Source of the DNA: a virus
Lineage: Duplodnaviria > Caudoviricetes
IMG/VR virus record: IMGVR_UViG_3300044475_000316
Location: 1-48,510 of that record
Reading direction: 5' to 3' (one strand)
DNA: 48,510 bases
The position numbers and the translations under genes were made by a program. Within the stretch, counting starts at the first letter, position 1, and every line of letters begins with the position of its first letter. The notes under the pieces were generated by a model, which saw nothing but the letters and a program-made list of their open reading frames with translations, ran no database searches and was not told where the DNA came from. Positions 43,499-48,510 of the stretch are shown here, one piece after another.

Positions 43499-44405
43499 CG
43501 AACACCTCGTTGATCCAGTCTGTGTTGTTGAAGTCGATGCCCGTGACGCTCCCGGCATTCGTCCGGCGGCCAGCATCGCGCTGAAGGCTTAGGGTGTCCC
43601 ACTTAGCGCGGAGCTTTGCGGGCGAAAGGATGTTTGTGTGCCAGAACGCGTCTTTGCTCGCCCACTGGAACAGCTCGCAAATTTCGCGATGGCTGCGGCC
43701 ATCCAGCTCACGCATCAGGCGCACGTCGTTAGCCCAGGCGGCCATGATGGGTTGCTTCGGGAAGGGTTTAACTTTTTCGAGCAGGGCGAGGATCCACTCT
43801 GCGCACTGCTGGTCAGCTGCAGTTCCCCACTTGGTGAAGTTGGGGGTGTAAATTACCGCCTCAGGATGAGCTGATAAAAACTTCATCAGACGGTCGTCGG
43901 AGGATTCGCCAGAATTCTCTGACGATGATCTTTTAATATTGTTATTGTTATAGTCTTGGGTGGCTACCGTTTCCGGGAAGGTTTTTCCCGATTCCGGGAA
44001 GGATTTTCCCGTTTTCGGGAAGAGTTTTCCCGTTTTCGGTTTGTCCAAAATCCAGGCAGATAGGTCAGTATTTATACCGACAATTTTCATCACGCCCTGC
44101 TTGTGACTGAAAATAATTCCACGCTCTGCCAGAGAACTGATCGCATCAGAAACATGCGTATCAGCCAGCCCTGTAAGCCCGGCGATGACGGTGTTGGTAA
44201 CCCGGTCCTGTTTTTTGTTCCATCCGTAGGTCAGCCAGATCACCGCTTCCAGACACTGCCATTCACGCCCCGACATGCGCAGGCGTGGTTTCAGCTTCTG
44301 AATCTCGTTTGCGATCCTGGTGTACCCGTTGGACAGGTCGGCCATGTGACCTCCTGTTTGCTCGGTTTTAGTCGGAAATTTGATAACTTCAGCGGTATTT
44401 GACAT
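43482..44405 (-). CDS. Replication initiator O
   Basis: ADLSNGYTRIANE N-terminus, WANDVRLMRELD..FWHTNILSPAKLRAKWD C-terminus, internal iterons. Confidence 0.92.
   Translation of the reverse strand: MSNTAEVIKFPTKTEQTGGHMADLSNGYTRIANEIQKLKPRLRMSGREWQCLEAVIWLTYGWNKKQDRVTNTVIAGLTGLADTHVSDAISSLAERGIIFSHKQGVMKIVGINTDLSAWILDKPKTGKLFPKTGKSFPESGKTFPETVATQDYNNNNIKRSSSENSGESSDDRLMKFLSAHPEAVIYTPNFTKWGTAADQQCAEWILALLEKVKPFPKQPIMAAWANDVRLMRELDGRSHREICELFQWASKDAFWHTNILSPAKLRAKWDTLSLQRDAGRRTNAGSVTGIDFNNTDWINEVFDGKTI
43931..44039. repeat. Replication origin: 3.5 iterons of 21 bp plus AT-rich tract
   Basis: Units CCG(T/A)TT(C/T)CGGGAAG..TTTTC start at 43967, 43988, 44009 and 44030 (partial); AT-rich 43931-43952. 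Confidence 0.85.
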
Positions 44406-44489
44406 ACTGATCTCCGCAATTACCTACCGTTTTTGCATTAGAAAGCCGTTGGTGTTCGCGCACCGCGGCTTTCGCCATTTTTAACTCCG

Positions 44490-45044
44490 TCATACAACCC
44501 CCAGCATCGTTGTAACCATCGCCATAAGCGGTGCTACCGAATCCGGTCCATCCAGATAGAACCTCGCCACGATGCTTTCGCTGATCTCCTTCAGGCGCTC
44601 ATGCTTTGGCGCTCTTAAAATCACAGCCTGGATTGCTTCGGCATCTTCTTTAACCGCTGCGGCTATGCGCACAGAGGCGCAATCGCTTTTAACCACGCGA
44701 TCACGGTACGCCAGTGGCAACACTGAAAGGATGACCGGCTCTAGCAGCTCGACGTTCGCCCGGTAGACTGAAGACTTCTCCTTGTTATCCAGCCAACGAA
44801 ACAGCTTCACATTCCATACATCGGCATTGCAGCTGGTGTCGATTCCTGTCAGTCCCGCCTCTTCAACCGCTTCTTTGATTGCCAGGGCTACAGCCACACG
44901 CCCATCTGCAGCCGCCCAGGCGCGAACGGCAGAACAGATGGCGCTGTGATCAATCTTTGGGTCATCCCTCTCATTCTGATGAAACGAGAATGTCAGGCGC
45001 TCTGCTGGCGCTCTGTTATTCTGTTGAAAAGAAAGTGTTTGCAT
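44490..45044 (-). CDS. CII-like regulator (YdaT-like)
   Basis: AVRAWAA..KLFRWLDN pattern; between cro and O. Confidence 0.75.
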   Translation of the reverse strand: MQTLSFQQNNRAPAERLTFSFHQNERDDPKIDHSAICSAVRAWAAADGRVAVALAIKEAVEEAGLTGIDTSCNADVWNVKLFRWLDNKEKSSVYRANVELLEPVILSVLPLAYRDRVVKSDCASVRIAAAVKEDAEAIQAVILRAPKHERLKEISESIVARFYLDGPDSVAPLMAMVTTMLGVV

Positions 45045-45046
45045 GA

Positions 45047-45277
45047 TTAGTGCTCCTGACGCGGTAAACCATCGGTTGGGTTTGGGTAGGCATCTGGATC
45101 AATTTCGTGGGGCGTTACAGCCCAGTTGAGGACTTTGCAAAGAGGGACAACACGTCCCGCAGGGACTTTCCCTTGGCTCATCCATTTGCTTACTGCCTGA
45201 GATGAAATGCCAAGCTGCGCACCAATGTCGACACGCGACATGGTATTGGTGATTTTTTCTTTAAGTGATTTGTTCAT
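45047..45277 (-). CDS. Cro-like repressor (YdaS-like)
   Basis: HTH LGISSQAVSKW; VTPHEIDPDAYPNPTDGLP. Confidence 0.88.
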   Translation of the reverse strand: MNKSLKEKITNTMSRVDIGAQLGISSQAVSKWMSQGKVPAGRVVPLCKVLNWAVTPHEIDPDAYPNPTDGLPRQEH

Positions 45278-45315
45278 TGGGCCTCCTGTCAGTGGAATGA
45301 CATGAGGATACTCAG

Positions 45316-45380
45316 CGAAACTTTAAGTTGCAAGAAAAACGAAACAAATAGTTGGAGTGCTAGGCGAAACCAAAGGTTGT
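45316..45380. promoter_or_regulatory. Three OR-like operators (CGAAAC-N5-GTTG)
   Basis: Copies at 45316, 45340 and 45365 between divergent cro and cI. Confidence 0.75.
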
Positions 45381-45391
45381 AAAATAACAAT

Positions 45392-45805
45392 ATGAATAAA
45401 GTCGCTCATCCCGTATTCGCAAAAAGAATCAAACAGGTCATGACCGAAAATGGCTGGAATATGGCCGATCTCGCAAAACAGGTCATGCTCTCCCATACGG
45501 CTGTCCAAAACTGGTCAAAGGGAAAAACAGTGGCCAGTGGCGAACGTCTGAAACGCCTTGCAGCTGTTTCACGTAAGCCCGAGCACTGGTTCTTTATGGA
45601 TGAGGATGGGGATGCAGAGAATGTCATGCTAACCACCAGCACACGCAGAGAGCTTGACGAAAAAGAAGAGGCTTTATTATCCCTCTTTAACCAGTTGCCT
45701 GAGGCAGAAAAGCTGCGCCTCATACTGCATACAAAGACCGTGTTACACGAAATTGATCTTCTCAAAAGTGATGTGTTTGACATCATCCACAATCAGCAAA
45801 AATAG
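45392..45805 (+). CDS. CI-like repressor without S24 peptidase domain
   Basis: 137 aa, N-terminal HTH (ADLAKQVMLSHTAVQNWSKG), short helical C-terminus; divergent from cro. Confidence 0.88.
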   Translation: MNKVAHPVFAKRIKQVMTENGWNMADLAKQVMLSHTAVQNWSKGKTVASGERLKRLAAVSRKPEHWFFMDEDGDAENVMLTTSTRRELDEKEEALLSLFNQLPEAEKLRLILHTKTVLHEIDLLKSDVFDIIHNQQK

Positions 45806-45830
45806 CAAGCCATAGTTTATCGCCAAAATG

Positions 45831-45857
45831 AGACACCCGCCTGAGGTGTCTTTTTTT
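45831..45857 (+). terminator. Terminator after cI
   Basis: AGACACC/GGTGTCT stem plus T-run. Confidence 0.8.
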
Positions 45858-45866
45858 ATACTCAAA

Positions 45867-45912
45867 CGAAACTTTTTGTTTCTTCGGCTTTACATTCGAA
45901 ACTTTAAGTTGT
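45867..45912. promoter_or_regulatory. Two OL-like operators
   Basis: CGAAACTTTTTGTTT at 45867 and CGAAACTTTAAGTTG at 45897; the latter is identical to the 45316 core. Confidence 0.7.
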
Positions 45913-46000
45913 AGTCTTCAATGCATCGACAACAAGCGCAGCGTTGTCAGGTTAAAGAAACGTTCCGCCAGCCTGGCGACAAGGGCAAATGAGGGTGACC

Positions 46001-46117
46001 ATGATTGACTACGCACGTAAACCAGTACGGCATCAGGCCGTAAAACTGAACTGGGTTGAGGTGATTGTTCGCCGTATCTGTTATCTGCTGGCGCAGAAGG
46101 GGAACCCAGATGTGTAA
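46001..46117 (+). CDS. Small early-left protein
   Basis: 38 aa MIDYARKPVRHQAVKLNWVEVIVRRICYLLAQKGNPDV, GAGG RBS; read by hand. Confidence 0.6.
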   Translation: MIDYARKPVRHQAVKLNWVEVIVRRICYLLAQKGNPDV

Positions 46118-46274
46118 CTCAACGAAATGCGCATACTGCAGCAACTCAATCGAGCAAGGGAAAGAAGTTAAAAACGTATTGATCTTCATCCGCGGCGCCC
46201 AGCTGGCGCGCGAACAACGTAATTACTGTTCTACGCGTTGCGCTTCGTACGACCAGATGGCCCACGAAGCCTAA
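46110..46274 (+). CDS. YdaE-like zinc-binding protein
   Basis: CAYC..YCSTRCASYDQMAHE; upstream of recE as in Rac. Confidence 0.7.
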   Translation: MCNSTKCAYCSNSIEQGKEVKNVLIFIRGAQLAREQRNYCSTRCASYDQMAHEA

Positions 46275-46413
46275 CGTAAAACCCGCGCAAGGCGGGGTTT
46301 ACGTCCGGTGCCACCGACCAAAGTTACACCGGAATTTATACCAAAACCAAAAACACACCCACTGGGCGCAATCTCTGGCCCGGGGATCTTACATCCAAAA
46401 ATGAGGATCTGAC

Positions 46414-48510
46414 ATGGAATTTTTCTATGTGGTTAAGGCCACCCAGAAATCCGGTAAGCAAGATGCAGTGATCTGGTTTACTGCGAAAAGTGAAGCCCGC
46501 GCCGCCCTGACGCTCGATGTCGAGCTGGAAGAAGCTGGCATCGAAACTGGCCGCGGGAAGGATTACGCCAAGCCTGTCCGTACGGATATGCCTGTAGTTG
46601 ACGACCTGCCTGAAGAAAGCGTCATTGATTACACTTGGTGCGAGCGCTACACCCTGGCAGAAGACCAGCGCACCTGGAACGTGATCCCGGGAGCCGCCTC
46701 TCAGAGCGCAACCACAATCGCCCTGGACAGTGCCACCAGCAATGAGATTCAGCCAGTCGCGGCGGTAACCGCCACTGATACCGCAGATGTGGGCAGCACC
46801 TCCCAGCTTGAAAATCGCACCCCGGCTGTCCGCTTCGCCGTTCATCTGTTGGGTGACAAATACCTTTCGGAAATCAGCCAGGAGCAGCACATCGTCGCCA
46901 ACGAACTGGCGACCGATGAGGGAAATGTTTACTTCCAGTGTCTCCTGAAGGCCAAAAATGACGTTGCTGATATAAGCGATCTTAGCCTGCATGCTGAGTG
47001 GAAGCTGGTGCAGGCCGTCAAAGAAGTTTTTCCGCAGGACAAAGAACACGACCCTGCACTGGTGGCCGCCTTCATGTCGGGCTGGATTATGGCAGAAGCT
47101 GGTGAACGCAATCAGTTGGTTGAAGACTGGAAGAGTGGAAAGCTCCCGGCCAGGGATGAGCCTGATTACTGGTATGAGAATGGCCTGCGGGTCCATAAAA
47201 CCGGTGATGAGTTTACTCGTTATCCAGTCAGCAAACTGCCATTCCGCCAACAACTGCTGGCTCAACTGACGGTGGACGAACTGCGCCATCATGTCACCCG
47301 TAGCGAACATGCGGAACTGCATGCGCTGGAGAGTGATACCGACAATAGCTATATCCAGACCCTTTTGCTTGCTGCTGAAAGCTGCCCAGAGTTGAAGGAT
47401 TTCGATACCAAGGCCCTGTGGAGCTATACCGACGCGATCCGAAAAGTATTCAGCATGGATAAACGCCATGAACTGGCTCTGGTCCTCCGCTTCACCAGAA
47501 TCTGGGAGTCTACTGAGGCTAGTGACCACGAAATCCTGACAAGTGAATGGGCTGCAGGCAGCCACATTGATGGTGTTGGTGTCCCACAAGACGAGAAATC
47601 CGAAGAGCCACAACCTGCCGAACCCTATAAGCGTGCGGTGCCGCAGAACATGGCGAACCTGAGCATCGAAATAGCAATTGCACAGCTTTACCCGGATGCC
47701 GTACCCGGGAAAATTAACCGTGCTCAGCTCATGGCGGCTAAAGAGCTGGCTGACAAAAAAGATGAGGCCCACTCCAGAGCGCTCAAGGTGCTCGGCAAAA
47801 CCTCTGACATTACCGATTACAACGCTGACAGTATTTTTGGTATTGCCCGTGCAATCCCCTGGAGTGATGAGTTAACCACGGTCGAACTACGTAAGCAGGT
47901 TCGTGAATGGTTCACCGCGAACGGAATCTATGAAAATGGCGAGCGTTCGAAGGGCTATCCAGAGTGGGATGAAGATCCTCGCGCAGGCCGCCAGACGAAA
48001 GTGGAAGAGCCAACCCGCCAGGAAGTAGATGACGGATTGGCTGCAGCCCGCGGGGAATTCGTTGAAGGCATCGGTGACCCAGCAGATCCGAAATGGGTTA
48101 AAGAAGACTTGGCCGCCACCAGCCAGCCACAGGTCGCTAACCTCGGAGGCGGCGTGTTCTCTATCGATGGCCTGCTGGGGGGAAATACTGACCCGGTCAT
48201 CAATACCCCCTCAAATGCATTCGAAAAAACGGAAACAGTAACGGAGAACTCCAGCGATGTGCAGATGGAAGAGGCTCAGCCAGAGAAAGTCGAAGTTACT
48301 GATGCGGTATCACCAGGCGAAAGCACTAATGCAGCTGATCCGCAAACAGATGCCCTGAAGCCGGCAGAAGTTCTGGCCGCCGCCATGCCAGAGCTGGCGA
48401 ACGCCACGCAGCCGGAAGTTACCACCGAAGCGCCGGAGGAAACCGCCAGCGCACCGGAATACCCGGCGTACTTCGAACCGGGCCGCTATGAAGGTCTGCC
48501 GAATAACGTC
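46414..48510 (+). CDS. recE: RecE-like exodeoxyribonuclease VIII (5' part, continues beyond the window)
   Basis: GAGGA RBS, start MEFFYVVKATQKSGK. The window ends in the same frame with PAYFEPGRYEGLPN, where the nuclease domain typically begins. Absent from the ORF track, consistent with no stop in the window. Confidence 0.85.
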   Translation, partial: MEFFYVVKATQKSGKQDAVIWFTAKSEARAALTLDVELEEAGIETGRGKDYAKPVRTDMPVVDDLPEESVIDYTWCERYTLAEDQRTWNVIPGAASQSATTIALDSATSNEIQPVAAVTATDTADVGSTSQLENRTPAVRFAVHLLGDKYLSEISQEQHIVANELATDEGNVYFQCLLKAKNDVADISDLSLHAEWKLVQAVKEVFPQDKEHDPALVAAFMSGWIMAEAGERNQLVEDWKSGKLPARDEPDYWYENGLRVHKTGDEFTRYPVSKLPFRQQLLAQLTVDELRHHVTRSEHAELHALESDTDNSYIQTLLLAAESCPELKDFDTKALWSYTDAIRKVFSMDKRHELALVLRFTRIWESTEASDHEILTSEWAAGSHIDGVGVPQDEKSEEPQPAEPYKRAVPQNMANLSIEIAIAQLYPDAVPGKINRAQLMAAKELADKKDEAHSRALKVLGKTSDITDYNADSIFGIARAIPWSDELTTVELRKQVREWFTANGIYENGERSKGYPEWDEDPRAGRQTKVEEPTRQEVDDGLAAARGEFVEGIGDPADPKWVKEDLAATSQPQVANLGGGVFSIDGLLGGNTDPVINTPSNAFEKTETVTENSSDVQMEEAQPEKVEVTDAVSPGESTNAADPQTDALKPAEVLAAAMPELANATQPEVTTEAPEETASAPEYPAYFEPGRYEGLPNNV

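Larger units (their letters stand above)
1..48510. mobile_element. Lambdoid prophage (partial; integrase end outside the window)
   Basis: Ordered immunity, replication, Q, lysis, head and tail modules. Confidence 0.95.

Noticed and set aside
46336-47772. 478-aa minus-strand ORF
   Set aside because: Antisense shadow of recE, which has an RBS and recognisable sequence.

Overview
The window is most of a lambdoid (siphovirus-type) prophage of an enterobacterium. An Enterobacter/Klebsiella-like host is inferred from gene style only. The late and right-early arm lies on the minus strand. From the right end: recE (runs off the window), small early genes, a short non-cleavable CI with Cro/CII and five operator-like repeats, O/P replication with iterons, methyltransferase and nin genes, Q, pR', a pinholin/SAR-endolysin/spanin lysis cassette, terminase, portal, head and lambda-like tail genes, tail fibres and a LexA-boxed umuD'-like operon. 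No integrase or att site is visible. Accessory cargo: an RloA/RloB (AbiL-like) pair that truncates a C5 methyltransferase, ynfN/gnsB-like genes and several AT-rich morons. The two most interesting signals are these. (1) At the tail-distal end (1-3150), an AT-rich cassette holds an exonuclease-less, protein-primed-type family B DNA polymerase with deviant motifs B and C, an unknown ~304-aa partner gene and a ~300-nt hairpin-dense upstream region. This is a candidate polymerase + partner + ncRNA system. (2) Three dispersed copies of a ~100-130-nt structured element with a co-varying pseudoknot, plus two copies of a second 58-nt hairpin, surround the lysis genes. All calls come from reading motifs and synteny; no searches were run.
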